The translations under genes and the position numbers were made by a program. The notes below the pieces were generated by a model. It was given only the letters and a program-made list of their open reading frames with translations, ran no database searches and was not told where the DNA came from. Shown in pieces: positions 19,218 through 30,410 of a stretch of DNA of 64,000 bases. The DNA is from Wickerhamiella versatilis (taxonomy: Eukaryota): assembly GCA_030867685.1 (NCBI GenBank), contig JAQOWU010000007.1, positions 558,001-622,000 on the forward strand, read 5' to 3'. The stretch's first letter is position 1. The number at the start of each line of letters is the position of its first letter.

Positions 19218-22200
19218 TCAATCTGACAGAGCGAAATCCGAATCGTCGTCAGGCTGTGAGCTATCATCCTCGTTGGCAGAAGAACCAAGCTGCTGTGGTG
19301 CTGCGACACGCTTCTTTCGAGGGGTGCGTGACGTAGGTGTGGCCGCACCATCCGGCTCGGGAGATTCCTCTTTAATATCCTCTTCTTCCTTCTTGACCTT
19401 TGTCTTCCGTGGTTTAGCGGCTGCTGGCTTAGCTGCAGATGATTCCTTCTTCAATTCTTTTTTCACCTTTGTTCCCTTCGCCTCTTTCGGTTCAGATTTG
19501 ACTCGACGCGCTGGCGCCTTCTTCCGACTATACTCTTCTACAGGAGGTGGGTCCAAAGGTATAGCATCAACTTGAGCAAACGACCTCGACTTTGGAGCAG
19601 CCTTCCGCCGACGCTTCTTTGGCTTCCCGTAGTCGTCGTCATCATCATCGTCGTCACTATCATCATTGTTTGAGGTACGACTGCGTTTATTACGTCCACC
19701 TGTGGGTTTTACCACATCTGATTGCCGTTTACTTAAGTCTTCATCCATAAAAGTTGCGTAGGCGGTCTCAAACTCTTCTAGATCCGAAGACCAGAGATCT
19801 TTGATGGTCTTCTTAAGAAGTTCGTTAAGGGTTTCCTCTGCATCGTCACGTTCCTTGATGATACGCTGATAACGTTCACGGGTGAGGGATGCAATGTGCA
19901 TATTGACCAAGTAGTCATAGGTAGGCGTGGCCACATTTTGAACCTTTAGTGCACCAGCACCAAGCTCATCAAGATCTCCTTCCTCATCCTCAACGGCATC
20001 TCCAGCGGCATTTTCTTCCGCTTCACCTTCTTCATCAGCAACCTCTGGCTTAATTTCCTCAGGGAACGTCGGCTTGCCTCCATTACCAACGAAGAGAGGG
20101 AATTTCAGAGACCTTAGTTCTTCCTCTAGTACCTTCTTGCGTTTATTCGAGACAGTAAGGGAGTTCTCGATAATCATTTTAATGAACCGGGCACGAGCAC
20201 TAAGACGTTCTAGATCCCAACGCAAGGCATTTACCATGGCATCTTTACGCTTCTGGTAGAAATCAAGACGGATATGATAAAACTCACGCAATATTTCCTC
20301 AGCCGAGTCGTACCTACGTAGTCGACCCTGGGGATCAAATGCTACCATGTTTGCAGTACTCATAGGGGCAATGAGCTTGAACCGATTATAGGGCCCGATT
20401 TCATGCGTCTTCGCCATTTCCTCTTTGCTGAGCTTGATAACAAAGCGGATATTATCAGAATGATCTTGAATTATATCCTCAATAAACTCTGTGCCCGCTT
20501 TCTTGTCCTTGTCACGTGGAGTATTTATCAAAAACTGTTCCAAGAATGCATTCATGGGCTCTATCCAGGCCTTAATAGGAATTTCTGTGATAACTAACGT
20601 ATTGTCATCCACCTCTTCTATGCGACCGCAAATACGCCATTGATGCTCAGTGTTGGGGATTTTGTCGACTAAACCGGTCCAGCCACGATACCAAGGAGTC
20701 ATGGGTTGAATAGCTTGACCTTCCATCATAAGACGAAGATTTTTTACCAAATCCATAGGATTATAACTGGGAATTGTTGACGACCAACCAGTCCCAATTC
20801 CCTCTGTACCATTAACAAGAACAGTGGGCAAAATAGGCACATAGTATTCTGGTTCTACGGTACTTTCATCCTCTTGGACATAGTTAAGAAGTGGGTCATC
20901 TTCCTTACGGAATGCAAATCTGGAGATTTTGTTGAGCATGGTAGAGATATAACGTGCACTAGCAGGATGCTTACCGCCATCAAGCCTAGAGCCAAAGTTA
21001 CCTTTTGGAAGAAGCCAGTATACGTTATTTGAACCGATGAAGTCTTGTGCCAGACCCACCGTAGTGGTGTAAAGGGACGCGTCACCATGATGGTAGGCTG
21101 CCTTCGCAATAGTGGTACCACCCAACGTAGTCAACTTGGTTTCTGTTCCGCGGACCCAATTGAAACATACCCACATGATTTTGCGTTGGCCAGGCTTCCA
21201 TCCGTCCATAACACTAGGAATAGAACGTGCGTTGTCCGCCATAGAGAATAAAATAAGTTCTTTGTCAATAAACTGATTGATGGGAATTGGATTAATGGAA
21301 GCATCTAAGAACGTTCCCGGAACGAACTCTTGAAGCCATTGCTTACGATCATCTGCACGATACTTTGAGAATGCGAGTTCGATGCGTTCTTTGTCGCCAG
21401 ACTGCAAATTGAGAAACGTCTTCTCGTGACGAGGAAGATCTCTAAAGTAGCGCTTCATATCCGTTGCTTCTGAAGTACCTAGACCCTTAAAGTATTTTTG
21501 ACGCCATTTACATTTCTTTCCCTCGGTTTCTCTCCAGTTTTCATATTCCGGCATCGAGAAAAATATATGGGTATCCACAACACTTTTTCCGCGAAGAACC
21601 TCCACTCGCACTATAGGCGTAATAAACTCAAGCAAAAATCCAGGAATGTCCAGCAGTCCTGGGAACAAAGACTCCAAAAAGTTGATGATAAGTCCCTTGA
21701 TGTGCGATCCATCGTGATCTTGATCGGTCATGATCATGATATGACCGTAACGCAAGCCTTCCGTGGAGGTGTAATGCTTTTTGTGCTGGAGACCAATGAT
21801 TTGTTTCAGAGCCTGAATTTCTGCATTTTTCATAATTTGGTCGTGACTAGCTTCGCGAACATTTAGCATCTTTCCTCGAATAGGAAAGCATCCGTAGTAG
21901 TCCCTACCAACAATCTCTAATCCAACGACCGCACTTCCTTTAGCAGATTCACCTTCACATATGATAAGAGTACACTTATGTGATTCCCGAGTACCTGCTT
22001 TATTTGCATCCGCCAGATTAGAGTATCCCGTAAGACGTCGTTTGCGTCCTCCACCATCTAACTTCTTCATTTCCTTGTCGGCCTGGCGCTCACTCTGCTC
22101 CAATAGACGGTCCGTAAGATCTGTTTGATTCATCACATCTTTGAAAAACTTGTCACTTAGCTCACAGCGAGACCCAAATGCTGACACCTTTGAAGTGAGC

Positions 22201-23267
22201 TGCTCTTTTGTTTGGGAGGAGAATGATGGGTTGTTGATCTTGCAGTTAATGAAAAGAAAAACATGATTGCGCACATGCTGTTTTGTCAACTTTCCAGCTT
22301 TACCCTTATTGCGCTTTGCCATCTGCTCGACAGCATGTGTCGTTATTTGGTCAAGCACATGAGTAACGTGAGAACCACCAGAGGTTGTAGCAATTGAGTT
22401 TACAAAAGACATTTGCCGGAAATTGCCATCACTAACTGCAAAAGCAATTTCCCACCGGGAATCATTCCCAGGCTGCTTGTAGTATATAACTTTACTTGGA
22501 GTACTCTCTCCCCGATTCAGGAACATATTGACATACGCCTTGAAATCAGTTATAGGGATTACATTTCCATTGAGCTCCACGGTCACTCCTTTCGTTGTAC
22601 CAGCCATGTCATAGACACGACGACGAAGAACATCTATAATGTCGTCATTGAAATTCTCCATTCCGAACCTTGCCAGGTCTGGTCGAAACTTGATCATGGT
22701 ATAGCTCTTTCCGGTGGCATTCTTGCTGAATTGTGGTTCCTCAACTTTATTCATGTTATCAGTCCAGCGCTGATGATAGACCTGCTTTTTATCCGCAGTT
22801 TCCAATATAAACTCGCGGGAAAAGATATTGCACAGCTTGGCACCAAAGCCATTACGGCCTCCTGTGACTTTCTGTTCATTATCGTCGTAATTAGAGGAAG
22901 TCAGCAGGTGACCAAAAATGAGCTCTGGGATATAGACTTTTTCTTTATCATGCATTTCAATAGGAATCCCCTTCCCGTCATTGGTGACAGAAATTTCAAA
23001 ATTAGCGGGATCAATGGTAACCTTAATAGACTTCATAGCCGGGTCACGTACCTTGTTATCAGCTGCATTGACAAGAATCTCGTCGAAAATCTTGTAGAGA
23101 CCTGGGACTATGGAGACCTGGCGGTACTGCATTTCACCGTCTTCCCTACAAACCCACATCTCTTGTTCATGGAATTCAACACTTCCAATATAACTATCAG
23201 GACGCTTCAGAACATGTTCGAGCTGCGACAGTTTTTGATAGGTCGCGCTCGCAGTCTTTGGTGGCAT
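19218..23267 (-). CDS. TOP2: DNA topoisomerase II
   Basis: YQKLSQLEHVLKRPDSYIGS, EILVNAADN, GGRNGFGAKL, TOPRIM EGESA/MTDQDHDGSHIKGL, catalytic ARY. Conserved start at 23267; an in-frame upstream ATG lies at 23501. Confidence 0.97.
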   Translation of the reverse strand: MPPKTASATYQKLSQLEHVLKRPDSYIGSVEFHEQEMWVCREDGEMQYRQVSIVPGLYKIFDEILVNAADNKVRDPAMKSIKVTIDPANFEISVTNDGKGIPIEMHDKEKVYIPELIFGHLLTSSNYDDNEQKVTGGRNGFGAKLCNIFSREFILETADKKQVYHQRWTDNMNKVEEPQFSKNATGKSYTMIKFRPDLARFGMENFNDDIIDVLRRRVYDMAGTTKGVTVELNGNVIPITDFKAYVNMFLNRGESTPSKVIYYKQPGNDSRWEIAFAVSDGNFRQMSFVNSIATTSGGSHVTHVLDQITTHAVEQMAKRNKGKAGKLTKQHVRNHVFLFINCKINNPSFSSQTKEQLTSKVSAFGSRCELSDKFFKDVMNQTDLTDRLLEQSERQADKEMKKLDGGGRKRRLTGYSNLADANKAGTRESHKCTLIICEGESAKGSAVVGLEIVGRDYYGCFPIRGKMLNVREASHDQIMKNAEIQALKQIIGLQHKKHYTSTEGLRYGHIMIMTDQDHDGSHIKGLIINFLESLFPGLLDIPGFLLEFITPIVRVEVLRGKSVVDTHIFFSMPEYENWRETEGKKCKWRQKYFKGLGTSEATDMKRYFRDLPRHEKTFLNLQSGDKERIELAFSKYRADDRKQWLQEFVPGTFLDASINPIPINQFIDKELILFSMADNARSIPSVMDGWKPGQRKIMWVCFNWVRGTETKLTTLGGTTIAKAAYHHGDASLYTTTVGLAQDFIGSNNVYWLLPKGNFGSRLDGGKHPASARYISTMLNKISRFAFRKEDDPLLNYVQEDESTVEPEYYVPILPTVLVNGTEGIGTGWSSTIPSYNPMDLVKNLRLMMEGQAIQPMTPWYRGWTGLVDKIPNTEHQWRICGRIEEVDDNTLVITEIPIKAWIEPMNAFLEQFLINTPRDKDKKAGTEFIEDIIQDHSDNIRFVIKLSKEEMAKTHEIGPYNRFKLIAPMSTANMVAFDPQGRLRRYDSAEEILREFYHIRLDFYQKRKDAMVNALRWDLERLSARARFIKMIIENSLTVSNKRKKVLEEELRSLKFPLFVGNGGKPTFPEEIKPEVADEEGEAEENAAGDAVEDEEGDLDELGAGALKVQNVATPTYDYLVNMHIASLTRERYQRIIKERDDAEETLNELLKKTIKDLWSSDLEEFETAYATFMDEDLSKRQSDVVKPTGGRNKRSRTSNNDDSDDDDDDDDYGKPKKRRRKAAPKSRSFAQVDAIPLDPPPVEEYSRKKAPARRVKSEPKEAKGTKVKKELKKESSAAKPAAAKPRKTKVKKEEEDIKEESPEPDGAATPTSRTPRKKRVAAPQQLGSSANEDDSSQPDDDSDFALSD

Positions 23268-23298
23268 CTTCGCTCGATGACAAGGTGGTGAGGTGTGA

Positions 23299-23309
23299 AC
23301 GCGTCGCGA
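23299..23309. promoter_or_regulatory. MCB-like elements (ACGCGT + CGCGA) upstream of TOP2
   Basis: ACGCGTCGCGA about 32 bp upstream of the conserved ATG; fits G1/S (MBF) control. Confidence 0.45.
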
Positions 23310-24030
23310 GTGAGGTGGACCCAAGTTAAGTAAAGTATAACCTAAGCGAATTGGCTGGGCTAGGGTGAATCCCCGGCATAAAGATGTAACTGAAAAGCGG
23401 CGGTTTGTTAACCCAGAGAGTCTGCGGCTTACTTGCTGGGTCCGACTTTTCACATAGCTCTCAAATTTTAGACTGCTTATATGACAAGACCTCTGTATCA
23501 TTAAGGGGACTGCTCAACGCAGTGGTGCAGAATTTTGGCGTTTTTCACGTGTTGAGAGTAGGATGTAAACGGTAAACTGGTGTATCTGGTGTTTCATCTT
23601 TCGCTAGTGATAATCAGAAACAACACACTTGCACCATGATCTCAATTGAATTTAATTATAATATGCCTAGATTCTCAAACACCCAACCCGCAGCTCACGC
23701 CAATATTTGTTTTCACATCCAAGAATGTTATTGATCTGTAGAAACCTTGGGAGAATACGGTTAATAAATTATATGGTGTCAGAAGGTTTGAACATCAAAC
23801 CCTGATTTTAAAGTAATGCTTTAGTTCGACTTTTTGAGGAGCTACTCAAACGTCCATGGTAAAGAATTATATGACATCAACTAGACCTAGGCTTCTTGGT
23901 TCAATGCTGTACAACTTTTTTTGTTCTGTTCTTAGCCTTTTTTGCATTGTTCTTGTCATTTCAATGCTTGTTCGAGACATTTTGTCTGGCTACGCACAGT
24001 TCATCATGAGGCAAATATACACATCATGTG

Positions 24031-24058
24031 TTAGTCATCCTCGGCCGTACTTGAGTCA
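24031..24058. promoter_or_regulatory. AP-1/Gcn4-type sites (TTAGTCA, TGAGTCA)
   Basis: Motifs at 24031-24037 and 24052-24058, 65-90 bp upstream of the DUF1752 gene. Confidence 0.4.
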
Positions 24059-24123
24059 TATCTCCAGGTTTTGTAAGATAGGAAGAATTAGAACGCAAAT
24101 CTCTCATCACGTGCAGTTCTCGA

Positions 24124-25371
24124 ATGACTGCGGATGTCCTGAGCCTAGTGCCTGCCGGTATTGAGGCTATTGATACAAGCAATATTGACTCTATACGGGA
24201 GATGTGGTCGGCATTCAAAGGGGCAAAGAATCTGCTGAAATGTGGACCACGTTTAGAATATCTATCCTGGCGGCTTTATAGTCGGGAAATATTGGCTATG
24301 AAGAATCGAAACAACTTACAATTGCCACATATACCTAACAGTGACCTCAGTGCTCTTCTCAATGAGCATGAGCTAGATATTAATGACACCCCTGCGCCAG
24401 CGCAATCCGAGCTTGCCGCGAATGCGTATAAATCTTATGGAAACTCTAATGCAGTACATGGCTTTAGTCCATCTCATGTATCTGTTGCGCGTCGTGAAAC
24501 TCCTGTCAGTTCAGATTCATCGAGCACTTCGTCACGAGGACAAGACCCGTCGTCCGCAATTACAGAATGGCACCAGGCGCCCGTAGGTCCGAAAGGCAAT
24601 ATGTTTTTCATTGACAGCGGATCGGAGAGCGATACAGACAGTATTCAAGAATCTGTTGCGCCGCGCGATGTGCTGAGGCCCGCTTCAGAGGACAATGAAA
24701 TCGAAGAGGTTGATGTATCCGACAATGATAATGATGATGATGATGAAAGCGGCAGTTGGGATGACACTGAGGAAGAAGAGAATGCTGAAGATGTGGCAGA
24801 ACGTGAGAAACAGCGTGAAGAGCAGTTGAGGAAGAACTTATTTAGAGAGAAGGCTGTACCCCTCAAGCCATTGCTTAAACCGTCATTGCTGTCAAATCTG
24901 TTCCTAAACAAGCAAAATATAGCCGCACAACGGGACGAAGAAGCTGAAAAGTCTCGCCTCCTAGCACAAAAGTCCCAGCGTGAAGATCCGTCTGAAGTAA
25001 TGCTAGGAGCAGCTGTACCAAGACATATACCTATAAACACTGGGAGTCCAGCACCCGCAGATGAACACCTCAGTCGAAGCTTAAGAGATGCCCTGAAACA
25101 AAGCAATGAAAAACTCTGGCCAATACGAGATGTCAATAGGTCGAGAAAGAACAGTATTGTGGAAGCAACACCTAGTAGCGAAGTAATTGGTGCGCCAATA
25201 ATGAGCTGGAGAAAGCCGGATCTTTCCCGCTCATCCAGAGATACCTCTAATAATCAAGGGCCTGGAGCTCGTGGAACTCGGGGTGATCTGGCGTCACCAA
25301 CTACTGAATCTTGGGTAAATCAGCATGAGGACATCTACGATCCCCTTAATTATCATTCTAGAGGATGGTAA
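24124..25371 (+). CDS. DUF1752/DUF3295 fungal regulatory protein
   Basis: N-terminal MW...G.RLEYLSWRL (AreA-N-like DUF1752) and C-terminal NYHSRGW (DUF3295); acidic middle. Confidence 0.75.
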   Translation: MTADVLSLVPAGIEAIDTSNIDSIREMWSAFKGAKNLLKCGPRLEYLSWRLYSREILAMKNRNNLQLPHIPNSDLSALLNEHELDINDTPAPAQSELAANAYKSYGNSNAVHGFSPSHVSVARRETPVSSDSSSTSSRGQDPSSAITEWHQAPVGPKGNMFFIDSGSESDTDSIQESVAPRDVLRPASEDNEIEEVDVSDNDNDDDDESGSWDDTEEEENAEDVAEREKQREEQLRKNLFREKAVPLKPLLKPSLLSNLFLNKQNIAAQRDEEAEKSRLLAQKSQREDPSEVMLGAAVPRHIPINTGSPAPADEHLSRSLRDALKQSNEKLWPIRDVNRSRKNSIVEATPSSEVIGAPIMSWRKPDLSRSSRDTSNNQGPGARGTRGDLASPTTESWVNQHEDIYDPLNYHSRGW

Positions 25372-25456
25372 GAAAAAGAAAGCATATTTTCACATATATA
25401 TATATATTATAGAGTTATTTTCGCCAGCCGTTAATTAATAAAAGTGCTGAATGCGG

Positions 25457-27730
25457 TTACTGGCGCTTAAACATGCGCCAGAGGCCCTTACGGCCTCTTG
25501 GCTCAGTCTGTTGATCAGATAAAGCCTCATCCTGGGCTGGTGCCTCGAGAAGTTGGCTATCCAGACCAAAAAGCAGGCTGTCGGTATTAAGATGCAAAAT
25601 GAAATCATTTACTGGTGTATCAGGCTTCTCCAGCTCCGATAGAATTGTTTCTTTCAGGTTGGAGATTCGGCGACATTCATTGCAAAACTCATTCGCCTTT
25701 GGCGAGTCGAATTCTAAAGGTGCACATAACTCCACTAGTGAAGCCAAGGTAGCCGCCAAATCTACCAAATAAGGGTTAGACCTATCTGCACCCATGGCAC
25801 GGTGAATGGGAAGTAGCTTGGGTGCTCGGTCTCTGCTGGCACCACCACTGGCAATTTCATGGTACCAGTTCACCAATTCATCATCATGAGTGTTTATAAA
25901 AGAGTTCATTGGCTCCAGCCAAGGTTCCTTTGCACCAAAGCTGACTCGGTTTGCAAATCCTTGCAGAATCTTAGCAACTAGCGTCAAAGTACGTCGCTGG
26001 CTTGGAAACAACATATACTCAGAAAGGCCATATTGCCTGGGGTTCAACAGGGCTGGACAGTAAAATCTTAGGAAAACGAATGCCGCTAGTCCTTGCTGTG
26101 GCAAGTGTGCAAAGACGTGCTTCAAGCTTGGAGGAAGTGGTTGCAGCCTGATTAGCTCCCAAATATACTCAACATAGTAGCGGAGTGTCTTCATGCGTGA
26201 CATCATCACCTCGGTTGGAAAATCAGATGGTAGTCTTGACGGATCAACTTCCAGTGGCTCCTTCTGTTGAGAGACTTTTCGAACAAAACGTCCCACGGTA
26301 TTCATCAAGGCCTGCCTACCATGCAGTATAAGTAACTTTTCAAGGACACGCGAGAGTAACGTATTTCCTCTGAACACCACCTCTGACGTAGACCCCGACT
26401 CCCGTTCTGCCAAATAGGAAGCCCATTTCGCATGTTTACCCTCTGCTCGATAAAAGTCGACCAGAGAGGAAGTTAGTGGGGTTAAAACACTAGACGGGCA
26501 TTCAGCAAGGGCTTCCGTTAACGAAAAGTCGCGCAGCAGCTGGCGAATTTTACTGTATTGTCGAAGGTCAAGAATGGCAAGTTTCTCACTCTTTGCGGTG
26601 AAAAAAAGATCTGCACCATTACCGACTGTATGCCACGTACCAATAACCTCAGAGTAAGGAGGTGCCCAAAAAAAATTGCCAATAGGTTCGTCCAATTCCG
26701 ACGGCCGCTGACCTGGTCCATTAATTTTTCGCAGTGTTAGTTGGAGCGGGGACTCATCAATGTTGTCAAAATAAAACTTCTGGCCCCAGTTTGCCCCTGA
26801 AGATTCATAATTAACTACAGTACGGGCTGCAACCCAGTCATTAGCGCTGATATCGACATATGTGCCCGCCAAGGACGAAGACGACCGGCCAGCCGATATA
26901 TTAATGACAAAATTATGAGAAAATCTGATGCTGCGCATCTCATCCCCATTCAGGGGTGAGTATAATGTTAACCGGGAAAACCCGACGAGCGTACCGTACC
27001 AATCGTCGAAGTCAACCTCCTCGCTAAATTTGAGGTATGCACTCTCGGGACCTCCAAGATCCGGCACGATAAAAATTACGAATGAAGACTTTACCAAAGA
27101 TATATCAACCCTCCGCAAAGACCTTTCCTCCAACATGCGAATATTGAGCTGATAGACACACACCCCTTCCGTCCATAGTTCTATATATCCTGAATGTTTC
27201 AATCTTCCAATCACATGCATCCAAGAGGAACTTTGCGAATTGTATGCTGTAAAGTGTGCTTCCATTTGGCATACAAGCAGATCAGACTCATCCTTCGAAG
27301 CTGAGCTTTCTACAACTGTTTGCTTGTTAAGAATTCCTGCGGGGCGTGTATTGGCCCACGCAAAAACAGCTGCAGTGAGTTTAGGGAATTGTGAAGGATC
27401 TGCCCTGATCAAAACTTGTTGCCCTATCTGGATCAAAGGCATATCAAGTAGAGCGGTCACTGGTTGGCCACGGAGACCAATATTCAGCCCTTTTCCAACT
27501 AATACCTTGCCATCAAGTACTTCCACGGTGCTTATTATCCATGTCTCGCCATCAGCAGCCAGAATCTCGCATTCCCAAGTACCGACATGGCCTTCAGCGG
27601 AGCTGTGGGCGATTTTGCGTAACAAGGGAGCCCATAAGTTAGCAAGTGAAGCTGAACGAACTGTTAGATTCAGATTAGAGCCCTTTTTCGCTCGCTGCTG
27701 CCTAGCTGCCTGCAGTATCAGACTAGGCAT
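25457..27730 (-). CDS. BUD2: RasGAP with C2-like region (Bud2-like)
   Basis: Arginine finger VFRGNTL, FVFLRFYCPALLNP, RTLTLVAKILQ, FGAKEPW. Confidence 0.8.
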   Translation of the reverse strand: MPSLILQAARQQRAKKGSNLNLTVRSASLANLWAPLLRKIAHSSAEGHVGTWECEILAADGETWIISTVEVLDGKVLVGKGLNIGLRGQPVTALLDMPLIQIGQQVLIRADPSQFPKLTAAVFAWANTRPAGILNKQTVVESSASKDESDLLVCQMEAHFTAYNSQSSSWMHVIGRLKHSGYIELWTEGVCVYQLNIRMLEERSLRRVDISLVKSSFVIFIVPDLGGPESAYLKFSEEVDFDDWYGTLVGFSRLTLYSPLNGDEMRSIRFSHNFVINISAGRSSSSLAGTYVDISANDWVAARTVVNYESSGANWGQKFYFDNIDESPLQLTLRKINGPGQRPSELDEPIGNFFWAPPYSEVIGTWHTVGNGADLFFTAKSEKLAILDLRQYSKIRQLLRDFSLTEALAECPSSVLTPLTSSLVDFYRAEGKHAKWASYLAERESGSTSEVVFRGNTLLSRVLEKLLILHGRQALMNTVGRFVRKVSQQKEPLEVDPSRLPSDFPTEVMMSRMKTLRYYVEYIWELIRLQPLPPSLKHVFAHLPQQGLAAFVFLRFYCPALLNPRQYGLSEYMLFPSQRRTLTLVAKILQGFANRVSFGAKEPWLEPMNSFINTHDDELVNWYHEIASGGASRDRAPKLLPIHRAMGADRSNPYLVDLAATLASLVELCAPLEFDSPKANEFCNECRRISNLKETILSELEKPDTPVNDFILHLNTDSLLFGLDSQLLEAPAQDEALSDQQTEPRGRKGLWRMFKRQ

Positions 27731-28082
27731 GGGCTACGCCCCTAACAGTTGACTTGATTACCTCACATTTGGGCGGAAGACTGGGGTTTGTTAAAGTAGA
27801 GACATGTTATATATCATTATTTTAGTTGATCGATTATTCGAATCAACAGCTCTTGTTTTCGACTTTTCAATACTACTGAAAACTATTTACCCAAACCCTG
27901 CCTTGAACTTTGTTTTTTTCCGCTAACGTGCATAACAGGAACACATTTTTTGTTATTATGCTTCGATCATGGGCACCCATGAATAGAGCGAAAAAAGATA
28001 TCTATGACTGTTAAATAAGAATTCATCAAGGTCTAGGGATCTCTCCAGATTCTCATGTTTAGTTAGTAATAGCTGACTTTCC

Positions 28083-28637
28083 ATGGATAGTACGCGTCGT
28101 CCCATGGGAAGATATGATCGATTGAGGGGAGAACTTCATGAAATTGTGCAGCATACAATGGACAATGTCCTAGCAAATGACTACGTCAGTGTGATGCCTC
28201 GCTATTTTGAAAGAACGGGGTTCGAACCAGCTACTACAGTCACTAATGGCCGTAATCTATATGAGAAGCTTGCAAAGCGTTCATTAGACCAAAAGCTTGA
28301 AGAACTCCAAATTAAAGAGCGGCTTGACGCGTTAGATGCTGCTGAGAAGCGTGCAAGCGCCCGTAAGATAAAGGTCGACACGATGGGAATAGACTCGCTC
28401 AGCCCTGAGGAACAACCTGTAGAAACATGGGCCCTCACCACAGATGATCTACTCGCTTGTACGTTGAGAAACCCCAGGGAAGCATATATTGAGGAACTTC
28501 GCAAGAGAAATGAAGCGGTGCAGTCGGAGGTGGCTGTTCTCAAAACGAAAGTACAGCATCGTCAGGCAAAGGTACGACATCTTTTAGATCAACTGACGGG
28601 TACTGACACCTCAGATACCCCCGATGGCGGCAAGTGA
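28083..28637 (+). CDS. Coiled-coil protein, probably the kinetochore MIND subunit Nnf1
   Basis: RYDRL N-terminal helix, central 'LEELQIKERLDALD' and C-terminal coiled coil resemble the Nnf1/PMF1 layout; weak similarity. Confidence 0.5.
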   Translation: MDSTRRPMGRYDRLRGELHEIVQHTMDNVLANDYVSVMPRYFERTGFEPATTVTNGRNLYEKLAKRSLDQKLEELQIKERLDALDAAEKRASARKIKVDTMGIDSLSPEEQPVETWALTTDDLLACTLRNPREAYIEELRKRNEAVQSEVAVLKTKVQHRQAKVRHLLDQLTGTDTSDTPDGGK

Positions 28638-28864
28638 AATCATTGGGGTATATTATATATTTATTAGCCTGCCAAAATCCAATGCTGGCACATAATCACG
28701 CACTTATAATTTTTTTCTAATTTCTTTAGAAACGACTAAGCATTAGAAATTGATCGATAACTGGCTGATGTTCGCATTTATGTCGTCCAGTACATATCAA
28801 TGTGATTCCTGAAAAACTATTACATAATACATATCCATTTTTCTTCGATATATCTCTTGACTAG

Positions 28865-29719
28865 ATGCTTCGAAGAAGAGCTCGTGAGAGAAGAGAATAT
28901 CTCTATAAGCGTTCACAACAGCTGCAGGATAGTGTAGTGGCACGTAAGCGACAGCAATTGCGCGCAGCGCTTGAAGCTGGTCGCCCTCTTCCTAAAGATA
29001 TCGCTGAAGACGAGCAGGTCCAAAAAGATTTTAAATATGATGAATCTCAACAGGTTGAGGATCTAGATGATGAGTATGCCGAGCTCAGTGGTGTTCAGGA
29101 TCCCAAGGTGGTTGTAACCACCTCTCGTGACCCATCGCAGAAGCTGGCCCAATTTGCAAAGGAGCTTAGACTACTATTTCCTACCTCTGTGCGAGTGAAT
29201 CGCGGTAATTCTGTTCTCCCATCTCTTGTGAATGCATGCCAAAGGTCTGCGTGTTCAGATCTTGTTGTGGTCCATGAACATCGTGGTGTACCAACTGCAA
29301 TAACGATTTCCCATTTTCCACACGGGCCCACTGCCCAGTTCAGCCTGCATAACGTTGTATTAAGGCACGATATCCAGCAGGCTGGTACTGTAAGCGAAGC
29401 TTTCCCGCACTTAATTTTTGATAACTTCACAACACCACTTGGTCGACGAGTAACGCAAATCCTCAAGCATCTATTTCCTCCGGGTCCAAAAAAAGATAGC
29501 CCTCGAGTTATCACGTTTGCTAATCGCCATGACTATATATCAGTCCGTCAGCATGTCTACGTGCGCACACGACAAGGAGTAGAGCTAGCAGAGATCGGAC
29601 CTCGTTTTGAGATGCGAATGTTCAGCTTGACTCTCGGTACCGTGGATCAAACAGATGCTGAGGTTGAGTGGCAATATCGCGGCTTCGTTAGAACAGCAAA
29701 TCGTAAAGACTACCTGTAA
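28865..29719 (+). CDS. IMP4: U3 snoRNP Brix-domain protein Imp4
   Basis: [39 protein letters not shown]. Confidence 0.97.
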   Translation: MLRRRARERREYLYKRSQQLQDSVVARKRQQLRAALEAGRPLPKDIAEDEQVQKDFKYDESQQVEDLDDEYAELSGVQDPKVVVTTSRDPSQKLAQFAKELRLLFPTSVRVNRGNSVLPSLVNACQRSACSDLVVVHEHRGVPTAITISHFPHGPTAQFSLHNVVLRHDIQQAGTVSEAFPHLIFDNFTTPLGRRVTQILKHLFPPGPKKDSPRVITFANRHDYISVRQHVYVRTRQGVELAEIGPRFEMRMFSLTLGTVDQTDAEVEWQYRGFVRTANRKDYL

Positions 29720-29827
29720 ATTATGGAACTGGGGATATCTCTATTCAGCTACTGCAACGAAAACGTATAAAGAGCATATAGTAGCTAAGTAGCTTCTATA
29801 TAAATTTCCTATAACTACTGTAGTGTA

Positions 29828-30298
29828 TCAAGCCACCTTGCGAAATCTCGCTTGCCGAATTTCGGCATAATTGAGAGGTCGCTCATGGTAACATCGCAAG
29901 TTGCCTAGAACCGACCCCGCAAAGACGTGATTTCTGTTGTTATCTTGCCGAATTGTACTGCACACAATTTGTTGATATCTTGGATGCAATAATAAATGCT
30001 TCCGAAAACAACCTATCACCGGCCGAGCACAGGACTGACGCATTGGCGGACTTTCCGAACAGTCTGACCCATTTTCAACAAGATACTGCACCTCCGCATT
30101 TCCAAAATTTTCCCTGTCGTGCTTCAAGTCATAACTATCGGTAATATTTGTTGAATTTGTCCTACTTGACGAGTCCGAAAACGTTGGCGACAGAGGTTGA
30201 GGTCCCACAAACGAATGGATCGTATGCGTTGACTCACTATTAGGAACATGCGCTGAGACAGTGGCCGTCTTGTTGCGGTGATGCCTGAAAAATCTCAT
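29828..30298 (-). CDS. Hypothetical orphan protein (156 aa)
   Basis: ATG-initiated ORF filling the IMP4-LAT1 gap; no recognised motif. Confidence 0.45.
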   Translation of the reverse strand: MRFFRHHRNKTATVSAHVPNSESTHTIHSFVGPQPLSPTFSDSSSRTNSTNITDSYDLKHDRENFGNAEVQYLVENGSDCSESPPMRQSCARPVIGCFRKHLLLHPRYQQIVCSTIRQDNNRNHVFAGSVLGNLRCYHERPLNYAEIRQARFRKVA

Positions 30299-30410
30299 GG
30301 CAGCTAATTTAGGGACAAATAAGCACGGCGAATTATCTATACAAGCCAATCTTAATTGGGAAAGTTACAGGATATCTCCATGCAGTAACTAGAGCCTAAG
30401 ATTAAACTGT

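Noticed and set aside
22413-23291. 292-aa ORF antisense to TOP2 (also 30495-31283 opposite LAT1, 7707-8219 opposite TKL1, 51288-51839 opposite PRE8)
   Set aside because: Shadow ORFs expected from codon bias of conserved genes; non-ATG starts in most and no recognisable motifs.
23856-24164. 102-aa hydrophobic ORF overlapping the DUF1752 gene start
   Set aside because: Hydrophobicity comes from T-rich promoter DNA and the region holds transcription-factor motifs; could at most be a uORF.
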